DNA of 64,000 bases from an uncultured Gemmatimonadales bacterium. Lineage in GTDB: Bacteria > Gemmatimonadota > Gemmatimonadetes > Longimicrobiales > RSA9. Location: positions 96,001 to 160,000 of the forward strand of contig CAWCRS010000009.1 in NCBI GenBank assembly GCA_963798085.1, given 5' to 3'. Positions 29,604 through 39,701 of this stretch are shown here, one piece after another (position 1 is the stretch's first letter; every line of letters starts with the position of its first letter). The translations under genes were made by a program, and so were the position numbers. The notes under the pieces are model-generated. The model was given only the letters and a program-made list of their open reading frames with translations. It had not been told where the DNA came from and did no database searches.

Positions 29604-30605
29604 ATGTTCACGCGCTGCGTCTTCTGCCACGTGACACTGCCGGCCAACGAGCTGGTGGAGCGGTTCCCGCATGGACGTCGCATTGCGTTCGATCCGGAGC
29701 GGGGCCGGCTCTGGGTCGTGTGTCCGGCGTGCAGCCGCTGGAACCTCGCGCCCATTGAGGAACGCTGGGAGGCGCTGGAAGAGCTGGAGCGCACCGCACG
29801 CGACCGCGGCAGACTGCTCTCGCAGACCGACAACATTGCGCTGATCCGTGCGGGTGAGATCGAACTGGTGCGCGTCGGCAAGGCGACCCGGCTGCCCGAG
29901 GAAGCGTGGTGGCGCTACGGCAGGGAGCTGCAGAAGCGACGCTCGCGGCACACGCTCGTCTCCATCCTGGAAACCAGCGCGATGGTCGGCCTCAGTCTCA
30001 CCATGGGCGGCTTCTACTGGTATTACGGTGGCAGCTTCGCCAACAACTTCCTGCGCTGGCGCGAGTACGGCAGCACGGCATGGCGAGGTTATCTCCAATG
30101 CCCACGCTGTGGCAGTCTGATCGAAGAACTGAAATTCAACCAGGCCAAACGCATTGTGGTGCTGCCGGAGGCGGACGGCGTGGTGCTTGCCCTGCGCTGC
30201 CGGAATTGCGCCTACGTGGACACGTCCGGCCAGTTGCGCCTCGAGGGCAACACGGCGCAGCACGTGCTCCGGCGTGTACTCGCCTGGCAGAATTATGCAG
30301 GCGCGAGCGATGCGCAGGTGCGCGAAGCGACGCATGCCATCGAAACGGCCGGCAGCGCCGAAATGTTCACCCGCGGCATCGTGAGCACGCCTCTCACTCT
30401 GGATGAGCTGCGCAAGAAACAGAACCGCACGCGCGCCATCGGCCTGGAAATCGCCCTCAACGATGACGCCGAACGCCGACTGCTCGAGCTGGAGCTGTCG
30501 GAGCTGGAGGCGAGATGGCGGGAGGAGGAGGAGCTGGCGTCCATCGTCGACAACGAGCTGACGCCCGTGCCGGCCTTGGAGAAGTTGCGGCGAATGCTGC
30601 GTTAA
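29604..30605 (+). CDS. Hypothetical protein with four CxxC pairs
   Basis: CVFC, CPAC, CPRC, CRNC; FDPERGRLWVVC; C-terminal WREEEELASIVD. Confidence 0.8.
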   Translation: MFTRCVFCHVTLPANELVERFPHGRRIAFDPERGRLWVVCPACSRWNLAPIEERWEALEELERTARDRGRLLSQTDNIALIRAGEIELVRVGKATRLPEEAWWRYGRELQKRRSRHTLVSILETSAMVGLSLTMGGFYWYYGGSFANNFLRWREYGSTAWRGYLQCPRCGSLIEELKFNQAKRIVVLPEADGVVLALRCRNCAYVDTSGQLRLEGNTAQHVLRRVLAWQNYAGASDAQVREATHAIETAGSAEMFTRGIVSTPLTLDELRKKQNRTRAIGLEIALNDDAERRLLELELSELEARWREEEELASIVDNELTPVPALEKLRRMLR

Positions 30606-30820
30606 CGGGGAGCGTTCTGCGGGCTGGCTCACTCGACTGCCTGTCGCCCCGGAAGCGGCTGCGCTCGCCCTGGCACGGCGCTGCGGCACACCCGGGCTTC
30701 GGCGGCATCTTCGTCCTTCGCGTCGGCACCCGCAGAACCGTCTCGCCGAATCGCAGAGGCCGTGCTCGCCAGCGCCTCGTAATGATCTGTTAGAGTCTGG
30801 AGAACCGGATCGCCCGAGGC

Positions 30821-31669
30821 TCAACCCAACAGGATGACATTCCCATCCGGATCCCGGACGGACAGGCCATCCGGACGCTCTTCCGCACGGATACCCTTCG
30901 CCGCAAGCCGCGCGACCAGCTCCTCCCGCGCCGCGGTGGAAGGCAGCACGACTTCATAATCAATGAGGCCGGCATCGTGCGGGGACTGGGGCCGGTGGGC
31001 CCAGGTGTTGAGGCCGATGTGATGGTGGTAGCCGCCCGCGGCGACGAAGAGGGCACCGGGGAAATTGCGCTCGGTGACGGCGAAACCGAGCGCGTCGGCG
31101 TAAAAGGCTTCGGCGCGCGCCAGGTCGGTGACGTGCAGGTGCACGTGGCCCATGCGCGGCGCATCGGCTGGAGCTGCTGCGGACTGCTCGCCGGCGTGGA
31201 GCACGCTCTCCAGGTCCAGCCGCCGTGTGTACATCACGATGCGCTCGCCCTCACGGGGCCACTCGGCGCGCGGCCGGTCGGCGTACAGCTCGATGCCGTT
31301 GCCATCGGCATCCGTGAGATACGCCGCCTCACTGACGCCATGGTCAGCGAAGCCGGTGAAGGGCCAGCGCGCGTCGATCAGGCGGCGCAGTGCGCGGCCC
31401 AGCGCTCCACGGTCCGGGTACAGCAGCGCGAAGTGGTACAGGCCGAGCGTGCCTTCCGGACGCTCCTGCACGCCAGCCGCTTCCGTCAGCGCGAGCAAGG
31501 GCGTGCCCGCCGCGTCTGCGGACAGCGTGACGGACGTTGCCGGCGTGGTCGCCGGCTCCATTCCCAGCAGGCTCTGGTACAGCTGCAGTGCGTGCGCCAC
31601 GGAAGCCACGCGCAGGTGCACGCGCCCAATGTGCGTGTCCGCCGGCAGCAGGTTCTGCGTTTCCAACAT
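30821..31669 (-). CDS. VOC-family extradiol dioxygenase (CatE-like)
   Basis: GRVHLRV, GLYHFALL, DHGVSEAAYL, GHVHLHV, GGYHHHIGLNTW. Confidence 0.9.
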   Translation of the reverse strand: MLETQNLLPADTHIGRVHLRVASVAHALQLYQSLLGMEPATTPATSVTLSADAAGTPLLALTEAAGVQERPEGTLGLYHFALLYPDRGALGRALRRLIDARWPFTGFADHGVSEAAYLTDADGNGIELYADRPRAEWPREGERIVMYTRRLDLESVLHAGEQSAAAPADAPRMGHVHLHVTDLARAEAFYADALGFAVTERNFPGALFVAAGGYHHHIGLNTWAHRPQSPHDAGLIDYEVVLPSTAAREELVARLAAKGIRAEERPDGLSVRDPDGNVILLG

Positions 31670-31693
31670 ACCGTTAGTCCCTCATGATGCGGC

Positions 31694-32548
31694 TCAGCGG
31701 CGCACGCCCACCATCAGCTGCAGCCCGATATCCGGACTGTAATGCAGCAGTCCCTTGATGGCGGTCAGGGAGACAAAAGTGCGCTCGCCGCCACGCAGTC
31801 CCACGCGGATTTCGCTCAGGTCTTCATCGCCGCGCACGAAGCTGCTGTGCAGGTCGGTCTGACCGGTGAACGCGCCCGAGGAAGTGAGCGGGCCGAGTTT
31901 CGCGTCAATGTTGAAGCCGTATGTGAGCACGTCCAGCTGATCGATGCTGGCTGTGCGCGTGCCCAGGATACCCAGTCCCGCGTCCCCGCCCACGCTGAAG
32001 ATGCCACCTCGCCAGCGACCACCCAGCGAGGTGAAGAAATCCGTGCGGTCGCGGTCCATGCCCGGCTCGTTGCTGGTGGTGGGCAGGCGGGTGCCGAAAC
32101 GCAGCGCCACCATGCCGCGATCCTGACCGGCGAGCCGCAGCATGGTCCAGGCGAGGACGTCGCCGGCATCGTGTCGGGGCTTGCCGGTGGGCGCGTCAGT
32201 GCCCTCGATCGGCGCCTGCTCGATCTGCTGATCGTAGTAGCGACGACTCATGGCGCCGGTGAATTCCACGCCGATGCGTCCCGAGCGCCACGTGATGCGC
32301 AGGTTGCCCAGCTCGAGCAGATTGCCGTCGACGCCGGCGAGCGAGGCGCGCTGGTCGTCGAGAAAACCCAACCCCAGACCAACGGTAAAGGGCTCCGGCA
32401 CATTGAAGATGTCCCACGGCATGGGTGAAGTGGGCCGCAACTGCGCGTGCGCTGGCGAGCGCATTGCGCCGCTGACGAGCAGGACGATGGCTGCGCGGGC
32501 TGCGCCACGCATCACGCGCAACGCCCATGGCCGGAGCTGATGCCGCAT
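31694..32548 (-). CDS. Hypothetical exported, beta-barrel-like protein
   Basis: Signal peptide ending AHA; amphipathic strands; RFGTRLP. Confidence 0.7.
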   Translation of the reverse strand: MRHQLRPWALRVMRGAARAAIVLLVSGAMRSPAHAQLRPTSPMPWDIFNVPEPFTVGLGLGFLDDQRASLAGVDGNLLELGNLRITWRSGRIGVEFTGAMSRRYYDQQIEQAPIEGTDAPTGKPRHDAGDVLAWTMLRLAGQDRGMVALRFGTRLPTTSNEPGMDRDRTDFFTSLGGRWRGGIFSVGGDAGLGILGTRTASIDQLDVLTYGFNIDAKLGPLTSSGAFTGQTDLHSSFVRGDEDLSEIRVGLRGGERTFVSLTAIKGLLHYSPDIGLQLMVGVRR

Positions 32549-32622
32549 AATCTCCTGTTATCCGTGCTGAAGGACGCGGTCGGGGCAATGCGCCACGGAC
32601 GTCGCCCAAATGGAAACTGCAA

Positions 32623-33429
32623 TCACGGCGCGGGCCCCGTCCGGGGCACGCTGCCCCGGGCAACGAGCACGAGCCAGCCGATCACGGCGATGGCGGCAAA
32701 GCTGAACCACTGGATGGCGTAGCCCAGGTGCGGGCCCTCATCGAGCGCGGGCAGCGGGGATCTGACAGGGAGCGCGGTTACGCCCGGCACGGGCAGCAGC
32801 GACACGAGCGTGGCGCCCAGCGGATACGGAAACTGATTCCGCAGCGCAGTCTCGTCCATGGCGAACCACACCCGCCGGAAGCCGCCGCTGACCGGCGTGC
32901 CGACGCGCGCGCTCGCGGGCAGGCTGCGACGCCAGGGTTCTTCGCCCGGGAAGCGCAGGACGATTCCGGGTGTCGAGACGAGTGTCGAATCCGGCAGGTG
33001 TTCGAAATCGACGGTGGCGCCATCCGCCGCCGGCATCCAGCCGCGATCGACGAGCACGGCCTCGCCATTGTCCAGTAACAGCGGTGTCAGCACGTGCGCG
33101 CCCGGCGTGCCGCGATACGCGAGTCCGGGGAGAATGATGCTGTGCGGTGTATCCAGCCGGCCGTGCAGCAGCACGCGGCGGTAGAGCCAGCCCGCGCTGT
33201 CGCGGGGCGCGCTGCCCAGCTCCACGGGGGGCGCCGCGAGCCTCGCCTGCAACAGTGTGTTACTTGCGCGCCGCTGGCGCAGCCGGTCGAGCTGCCAGAA
33301 GCCCAGCCGCACGCAGGCGAGGGCCACCAGCAGCACGCCAATGCTTGCCAGCAGACCGCGCGTAGTGATCGATACAGGACGTTGTGCGCCTTGCGTCACC
33401 CAGCGTGGTAACCGTCTGCCCTGCTTCAT
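32623..33429 (-). CDS. SURF1-family protein (cytochrome oxidase assembly)
   Basis: LGFWQLDR, VLVDRGW, HLGYAIQWF. Confidence 0.92.
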   Translation of the reverse strand: MKQGRRLPRWVTQGAQRPVSITTRGLLASIGVLLVALACVRLGFWQLDRLRQRRASNTLLQARLAAPPVELGSAPRDSAGWLYRRVLLHGRLDTPHSIILPGLAYRGTPGAHVLTPLLLDNGEAVLVDRGWMPAADGATVDFEHLPDSTLVSTPGIVLRFPGEEPWRRSLPASARVGTPVSGGFRRVWFAMDETALRNQFPYPLGATLVSLLPVPGVTALPVRSPLPALDEGPHLGYAIQWFSFAAIAVIGWLVLVARGSVPRTGPAP

Positions 33430-33669
33430 GTTCCGGGCGACGATGGGTGGTCCGGCGGCAATTCCGCTGCGCCATCCTTGCCGGGGCGTCAGGTTCCGCG
33501 TGAAGCTGAAGCCGCATCGTCGACTGCGATGAACAAAGGCACCGCCAGCGTGTGCCGTCCGCCGGTGGCGCATCCCCCGCAAGCGGGGAGCGAAGCGTGC
33601 AGCGCCATCACTCGTAGGGGAAGGCCGGACACCCCGGGCGTCCATCGACAATCACCCTGGAGAACCCGC

Positions 33670-34548
33670 ATGAGAACCGACGCGAAAACCGCCGCCGTTG
33701 TCATGTTCCTTTTTTCTGCCGCTTGCAGCCACCGCGCCGCAACGCCGGGCCCGAGTGCCGCATCGCCTGCGGCCACCCGCGAGCCGCCCGTCCTGGCTTA
33801 TGCAGTGCCCTCGCCCAATCCGCTGCTCTACGACGTTGCCGATACCGGTCGCGTCTCGATGAGCTTCTCAGGCACGGATGTGGACGTCGGGTTCATGGCC
33901 AGCGCGCGCATTGAAATGCAATTCGCCGCCCAGGAGACGCCGCCGTTGCACGCAACCGTTCGTTTCACTTCCTTCTCCGGCAGCTTCACCAATTCGATGG
34001 CCGGCGACGATCAGCTGTCCAATGCAGATGCGCCCGCACCCGTGCAGCTCGAGATTACGCCGCGCGGCGCGTTCACCATCATGGGCAGTCCCGAAGTCAG
34101 CACGCGGCTGCGCCAGGTGCTGGGTGGCGACCTGGGCATGCGCCGGCTGTTCACCCGCCTGCCCGCGCGCAGCATTGCCAACGGCACGACGTGGACGGAC
34201 ACCCTCACGACGCGCGACGCGAACGCCGGCCTGACCACGAGCCTGACCGAGATCGTCACATCCACGCTCGCGGGCGATTCCACCGTCGAGGGTAAGCGGG
34301 TCGCGGTCATCCGCTCGAGCATTGCCGGCACCACCGAGATCGTGGGACAGACGCAGGGCGTGGAGCTGCGCCAGACACTGCACAGCACCGCCACGGCGCT
34401 CACGCTGTGGGACTGGCAGAAACACGCGATTGTGGAGCGCACCTCGAGCGGCACCGCGACCGGCAGCATGGACATGCCGGCCATGGGCATGAGCAACCTG
34501 CCCGTGAGCGGTACGACCAGGGAATGGATGCGGCTGCGCCCGAATTGA
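33670..34548 (+). CDS. Hypothetical lipoprotein
   Basis: SAAC lipobox; GGAG RBS; beta-rich sequence. Confidence 0.75.
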   Translation: MRTDAKTAAVVMFLFSAACSHRAATPGPSAASPAATREPPVLAYAVPSPNPLLYDVADTGRVSMSFSGTDVDVGFMASARIEMQFAAQETPPLHATVRFTSFSGSFTNSMAGDDQLSNADAPAPVQLEITPRGAFTIMGSPEVSTRLRQVLGGDLGMRRLFTRLPARSIANGTTWTDTLTTRDANAGLTTSLTEIVTSTLAGDSTVEGKRVAVIRSSIAGTTEIVGQTQGVELRQTLHSTATALTLWDWQKHAIVERTSSGTATGSMDMPAMGMSNLPVSGTTREWMRLRPN

Positions 34549-34567
34549 CCGGTTCCGGCGGCAGGAG

Positions 34568-34602
34568 ACGCGGTCAGCGGAGGTGTGCTCCGCCGACCGC
34601 GT
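34568..34602. terminator. Hairpin between convergent genes
   Basis: ACGCGGTCAGCGGAG-GTGTG-CTCCGCCGACCGCGT; no clear U-tract. Confidence 0.45.
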
Positions 34603-34627
34603 GATTCACATTGCCAGTGCGGCTCGC

Positions 34628-37027
34628 TCAGATTCCGAGGTTGACGCGCAGCTGCACGGAGCGCGGCCTGCCGAGGGAAGCGCCGGAAAAGAATGCGCCC
34701 TTGAGCAGGTACTGGTTGTCGAAGACGTTATCCACGAATAACTGCGTGTTAACCGAAGTCCTGCCCACCCCAAAGGTGTAGCCCGCGGCGTTGTTCAGGA
34801 TGAAACTCGGCGCGACGTGGATACCACTGTTGAAATTGAACAGGCCCAGGCCGATCGGGCTCGTGATGTCGGCGCCGTTGGTCAGGCCACTGCCGTAAAT
34901 GCCGGTGGCGCTGAGATAGAAGCCGCGCGTCGAGTACACGGCCAATGCCAGAGCGGAAACGCGCTGGTCGTGATCAAGATCGAACCACGCGCCCGGAACG
35001 TCGGCAATGTCGGTGGGGAAGAAACCGCCCGTGACCGGACCGCGGCCGTACGCATGGTTGATGGCGAAATTGACGTAGCCGGACAGCGGGCCGGGCGGGC
35101 GGATTTCGATCGCACTCTCAATGCCGCGGATGCGCACCTGCGCCAGGTTGACCGATGTGGTGATGGCGGTTCCCGGAACCGTGTTGTCATCAATGCCGGG
35201 GGTGCTGTTCTTCGCATAGGCGGACAGCTTCGCCACCAGACCGAAAGCAAAGCGATGGATATAGCTGGCCTCGTAGAAGTGATCGCGCTCCGGCAGCGTG
35301 GGTGAGGTCGATGTCGTGTCGCCCTGCTCCGAGACCGTGGTGATCGCGCGCAGGTCCTCGATGTTGGTGGGGATGAACAGGCGGCCGTAGTAGACGTAGA
35401 ACGTGTTCGAGGCATCAGGCAGCAGTGTCAGCTTGATGCGCGGGCTCACCTGGTGCTGATTGCCGGCGAAGGGCGCGATATGCGAGTCCCAGCGCACGCC
35501 GCCGCGCAGCTCGAGCCACTCGACGGGCAGCCACGCCGACTGCGCATAGACACCCAGATCATGACCTGTCAATGCGCTGTTAGAGGCCGGCCCCGTACTG
35601 CCGCCGGCACTGCTGGTGACGAAGTCCTCGTGCCCTGATGTCACGGCAGCCTGCGTCCCCGCCTTGAAATCGAGTGCGTGACTCAGCTGCAGGTTGTAGT
35701 CGATCTTCGTGCCCCAGGTACTGAAGCTGCGGCTCTCGCTGAGATTGTAGGCCGTGGTATCGGGGAAGAAGATGAAGGACGGTTCGTCGTTCAGGCCGGG
35801 CATGTAGTCCAGACTGCCGTGCCGGAAATAGAAGCCGCTGAACAGGTCGGCGCTGCGTCCGGCGAGGGAGCCGTCCGCGCCGCCGAACTGGTGGCGCCAT
35901 GCCAGATTCACGAAGCTGTTGCCATCCTGCTGGCGATCGCGGATGATGCCTTCTGCCGAGTCGAAGGGCACATCGAACCTGGTGCGTGACCAGTTCGCAT
36001 TGAGCGTCAGCGCATCCTGCGAGGAAGGCACGAACTGCAGTTTCCCGAAGGTGAAGGCGTCCTGGCCGTAGTTGTGGAAGTTGAGCGCGTGGTTGGCGAG
36101 TGTGTCGAACACCACGGGTTCCTGCCGCATGTCCGATTCCTGACGCGATGCGGACACCAGCCAGCCCCAGCGACCGGCGTTCGAGCTGAGATCGAGCGAC
36201 TGGCCATCCGTGCCGAACGACCCGCCATACGTCGAGGCATTGAAGTGGAAGCCGCCCACGGGCACACGCGTCAGCACATTGACGACCGCCGTGTTCTTGC
36301 CGCCGTATTCGGCGTCCCAGCCACCCGTCTGGAATTCGATGCGGTTGGCGACAACGGGTGAGAACAGCTCGTTCAGGCTTCCCGAGATCCCGGCGGGTAC
36401 AGGGACGCCATCGATGTAGTATGTGTACTCGGCGTGCTGGCCCCGGATGTGGACCTCGCCCGTGGGCGCACGCGCCGCGCCCACAATCGACTGCTGCAGG
36501 ATCTGTGAGGTCGTGGCCGTGGGCGCGCCATGGTAGTTGTTCTGCTCGAACACCTGGTTACCACTGCGGCTGTCCACGGCAATGGGCGCGCGTGTGACGA
36601 CGCTGAGCGGGCCCAGGCCGACTGGCGCCGTGGCCAGCCGGAAGGCGACGCTCACGTTCCCGCCCGTGTCACCGATGGTCACGCTCTGCTCACTCACACG
36701 GTAGCCGATCAGCCGTGCGCTCAGCGTGTAGCGACCCGGCGGCAGGTCGTGCACGATCCAGCGGCCGAACTGGTCCGCCTCGACATTCGCCACTTCCTGA
36801 TCGCCTCGCCGGACGATGACATAGGCGGTGGGAAGCGGTTGTCCCGTAGTGCTGTCGCGCACGGTCCCGACGACATCGGCGTTGGGCGGGTCCAGATGTG
36901 TTCGCAGTCCGTGAATGTCAGGCGACGATGCGGTCGTCACCTTCGCGTCGGCACCCTGCGGCCGCAGCAGCGTCAGCAGGGACATGGCCAGCAGGATGAT
37001 GCTCCTGCGCAGATCATGAATGCGCAT
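34628..37027 (-). CDS. TonB-dependent receptor, probably for metal uptake
   Basis: Signal peptide, carboxypeptidase-regulatory-like domain, HIRGQHAEYTYYIDG plug, LDHDQR, barrel C-terminus. Confidence 0.88.
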   Translation of the reverse strand: MRIHDLRRSIILLAMSLLTLLRPQGADAKVTTASSPDIHGLRTHLDPPNADVVGTVRDSTTGQPLPTAYVIVRRGDQEVANVEADQFGRWIVHDLPPGRYTLSARLIGYRVSEQSVTIGDTGGNVSVAFRLATAPVGLGPLSVVTRAPIAVDSRSGNQVFEQNNYHGAPTATTSQILQQSIVGAARAPTGEVHIRGQHAEYTYYIDGVPVPAGISGSLNELFSPVVANRIEFQTGGWDAEYGGKNTAVVNVLTRVPVGGFHFNASTYGGSFGTDGQSLDLSSNAGRWGWLVSASRQESDMRQEPVVFDTLANHALNFHNYGQDAFTFGKLQFVPSSQDALTLNANWSRTRFDVPFDSAEGIIRDRQQDGNSFVNLAWRHQFGGADGSLAGRSADLFSGFYFRHGSLDYMPGLNDEPSFIFFPDTTAYNLSESRSFSTWGTKIDYNLQLSHALDFKAGTQAAVTSGHEDFVTSSAGGSTGPASNSALTGHDLGVYAQSAWLPVEWLELRGGVRWDSHIAPFAGNQHQVSPRIKLTLLPDASNTFYVYYGRLFIPTNIEDLRAITTVSEQGDTTSTSPTLPERDHFYEASYIHRFAFGLVAKLSAYAKNSTPGIDDNTVPGTAITTSVNLAQVRIRGIESAIEIRPPGPLSGYVNFAINHAYGRGPVTGGFFPTDIADVPGAWFDLDHDQRVSALALAVYSTRGFYLSATGIYGSGLTNGADITSPIGLGLFNFNSGIHVAPSFILNNAAGYTFGVGRTSVNTQLFVDNVFDNQYLLKGAFFSGASLGRPRSVQLRVNLGI

Positions 37028-37153
37028 GAATTCTCCCATGATTGCAGGCGCGCGGCCCGAGCGGCCGTCGCGCGGTTTCGTCCTGTGATGGCGCACTCGC
37101 GCACCCGCACGGGTGCGTGCGCGCCGATCACGCGTTCGTTGTGGGCTTGTGGA

Positions 37154-37495
37154 TCAGGACGTGGGAGGATCGCGGGAGCGGGGCCGTGCGCGCTGCGCCG
37201 AGAGTTGCGTCGTCCGCGCACCGGGTACTTCGGCGACGCGCGTTGTTGCCGGGACCGAAATCGGAGCGGGCTGGCCCGCCAGCACACTGCTGGTCTGCAG
37301 ATGCTGGCAGATGACGCAGGAGAACGGGCCCTGTGCGGGCCCATCCGGTTCGTGGGAGGCGCTGTGGCTCTCCGCGGCGCGGCTGTGGATGATGGCATCG
37401 ACAGCCGGCGCAGCACCGGATACACACAGCTGGAACGCTGCGAACACCGTGGCCAGCAGGCGCCGCGGATTCTGGCGACCGGAAAGGCTGAACAA
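37154..37495 (-). CDS. DUF2946-like leader protein (CxxC plus C-terminal RxRDPP)
   Basis: Signal-like N-terminus, His-containing linker, CVIC, ends RPRSRDPPTS; TTG start after GAGGT; directly upstream of the TonB receptor. Confidence 0.78.
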   Translation of the reverse strand: MFSLSGRQNPRRLLATVFAAFQLCVSGAAPAVDAIIHSRAAESHSASHEPDGPAQGPFSCVICQHLQTSSVLAGQPAPISVPATTRVAEVPGARTTQLSAQRARPRSRDPPTS

Positions 37496-37659
37496 CCCGT
37501 TTACCTCATGCCATTCACCAGGCGTGCGTTCTGCATCTCACCCAGCAGGACGCGCGACCGCCTGCAACCGTTGGCGCGCCCGATGTGCGCTGGAGACTGG
37601 CCGCGGCGGCCGCGCGAGAGAATCCACGTACACGCGGCCCGCGTCAGTGTTGCGAGCGA

Positions 37660-38292
37660 TCACGCCGGTTCCGTGGCGTCGCCGAGCGCGGCCCGGATGC
37701 CGGCTGGTTCCCAGTCATATTCCATGTAGTGCGCCGCTTCGGCGGCACAATCCCAGCCGTGATAGCGCGCCACCAGATAGAGCGCCGCATCAATGCCCGC
37801 CGCCACGCCGGCCGCCACGATGAGCGGGCCGTTGTCGAGCAGGCGGCGCTGGTCGTGCACGCGGGCGCGCGGCGCCACCTCGCGCAGCAGCTCGAGTGCG
37901 CCATGGTGCGTAGTAGCATCGCACTCATCCAGCAGGCCGGCCCGGCCCAGCAGCAACGCACCCGTGCAGATCGACAGCACCGTCTCCGCCGCCGCTGCGC
38001 GTTCGCTCAGCCACTGCAGGAGCGGCCTGTTGTCCATTTCCCGCCGCGTTCCGTAGCCGCCCGGCACCACGAGCACATCGAGCCGCGGCGCGCTGTCCAG
38101 CGAATGGTGGGGATTCACGCTCAGCCCACCCCGACAGATTACCGGCCGCTCATGCTCTGCAATCGTGACGGCCTGGAACAATGCCCGCCCCTCGCGTCGT
38201 CCCGCCACCGAGAAGACCTCGAACGGCCCGCAGAAATCCAGCACCTCCACTTCATCGAAGATCAGAATGCCGACCATTCGGGTGTCGCTCAT
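37660..38292 (-). CDS. DJ-1/PfpI family protein
   Basis: EVLDFCGPFEVF, VVPGG, SICTGA, AGVAAGID. Confidence 0.92.
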   Translation of the reverse strand: MSDTRMVGILIFDEVEVLDFCGPFEVFSVAGRREGRALFQAVTIAEHERPVICRGGLSVNPHHSLDSAPRLDVLVVPGGYGTRREMDNRPLLQWLSERAAAAETVLSICTGALLLGRAGLLDECDATTHHGALELLREVAPRARVHDQRRLLDNGPLIVAAGVAAGIDAALYLVARYHGWDCAAEAAHYMEYDWEPAGIRAALGDATEPA

Positions 38293-38389
38293 CGTTCCCC
38301 CTTTCCCCGCTGGTGGGCGGTCACTGGCGCCTGGCTGTGGACCGCGTTGCCTGGCCTGCGCTCGGCCCTGCTGGTTCAAGGATTCAACT

Positions 38390-38620
38390 GCGTTGCTGGC
38401 GCTCGCAACGGATCGGCGGCGTTGCTGGCGCTCCCATCGGGTCCCCGGTGTTGCTGGCGCTGGTTGCTCGGGAACGGATTTCGTAAGCAATATGCCGTCG
38501 TTTCTCCATACCTGCTTCTCTCGACCGGGTCACCGTCCCGCTGCTGAACCTGCGCCCCTCGGTGGCCCCTGCGGCCACTGTGTGATGATGAAGTTGTCCG
38601 TATCCGTGAATCCGTAGTGG
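38390..38620. repeat. Cluster of REP-like units
   Basis: Three GTTGCTGGCGCT copies ending GGTTGCTCGGGAACG; also CCACTGTGTGAT and TCCGTATCCGTGAATCCGT. Confidence 0.65.
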
Positions 38621-38638
38621 CGGTTCGCCCCCGATCCC

Positions 38639-39283
38639 TCACTTCCCGAAGGCCCTGCCCCCTGCGCCCGCGTACACGAAGCGGAATGTGACGCACCCGG
38701 GTTCCGCACCGGGGCAGTAGTAGCTGAGGATCTGGAGGCGGGCGTAGCGGCCGTCGGCGGTGCGCACGATCCAGGTGGAGGGACGCGGCCGCAGAATATG
38801 GCTGGTCCAGCTGTAGGCGTACCAGTGTGCTATTGCGGTGTTAGTGGAATCGCCGCGCGCACTGCTGGCCGTGTAGCCGGTATCGGGCGCGACAGGCACG
38901 GAATCGAAGGGCGTGTGCTGCAACTCGCGAATGCCACCCTGGCCGGCGAAACCCGCCCCGCCGTTGGCAATGATGTGGAAGCGGCGGAACGCCAGGTCCC
39001 AGCCCAGCGGGTCGCCGGGGGGGACCACACTGCCGCGCGAGAAGTCGAAATACTGCCACACATCAGGCGACGACGCGTCGATCGTGTACGTCACCGGCCC
39101 CAGCAGGCGGTCGCCGATCTCGACTGGTTGCGGCGGTGTGGGTGTAAAGACGGGCACGGAAGGGCGGCGCAGTGTCGACGCCACGAAGATCACGACGAGC
39201 AGCAGCAGCACCGTGACGATCACGATGCGCGCGGTCCGCCCGGGCGCCGCGCCGGCCGCTGCGGGCGCCCCGGGCTCGCTCAC
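38639..39283 (-). CDS. HmuY-family heme-binding protein with an N-terminal TM anchor
   Basis: WQYFDF, WDLAFRR..I..NGG, WYAY, VRTADGRYARLQILSYY. Confidence 0.88.
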   Translation of the reverse strand: MSEPGAPAAAGAAPGRTARIVIVTVLLLLVVIFVASTLRRPSVPVFTPTPPQPVEIGDRLLGPVTYTIDASSPDVWQYFDFSRGSVVPPGDPLGWDLAFRRFHIIANGGAGFAGQGGIRELQHTPFDSVPVAPDTGYTASSARGDSTNTAIAHWYAYSWTSHILRPRPSTWIVRTADGRYARLQILSYYCPGAEPGCVTFRFVYAGAGGRAFGK

Positions 39284-39323
39284 TGCCCGCGCCCACCCGC
39301 GGTTACGACCCGACCCGCCTCAG

Positions 39324-39530
39324 TCAGCGATCGCGCTCGTAGCCGAGGATGCGATTCAGTCGGCTCAGGTAGAACGCCAGACCCACGGCGAGCACGCCGA
39401 AAACGAGTGAGAAGACGAGCACACCCGCCCCGCCCTCCGCGCGGAACGCACGCGCTTCGTACAGCGAGAACCCCAGGCAGAACGCGATCGCCGTGGCGAT
39501 CAGAAAGCGATGAAAACTGATCAGCGACAA
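39324..39530 (-). CDS. Small two-TM membrane protein
   Basis: FHRFLIATAIAFC...; 68 aa, in operon orientation. Confidence 0.7.
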   Translation of the reverse strand: MSLISFHRFLIATAIAFCLGFSLYEARAFRAEGGAGVLVFSLVFGVLAVGLAFYLSRLNRILGYERDR

Positions 39531-39545
39531 GACTCACCATCCTTC

Positions 39546-39696
39546 TCTTCACCGCGGAGAGCGCGGAGGGCGCAGGTCAATGCTGGAGTAACGGATTGTC
39601 TTCAATGTACCACGCCATCGGTCGACGTTCTATGGGTGGGAACCGCCACAGAAACGCCATCAGCGCCTCGGCCCTCCGCGATCTCCGCGGTAAAGA
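39546..39696. repeat. Inverted-repeat-bounded intergenic element
   Basis: TCTTCACCGCGGAGAGCGCGGAGGGC (39546-39571) matches the reverse complement of 39671-39696 with two mismatches. Confidence 0.75.
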
Positions 39697-39701
39697 AGGG
39701 T

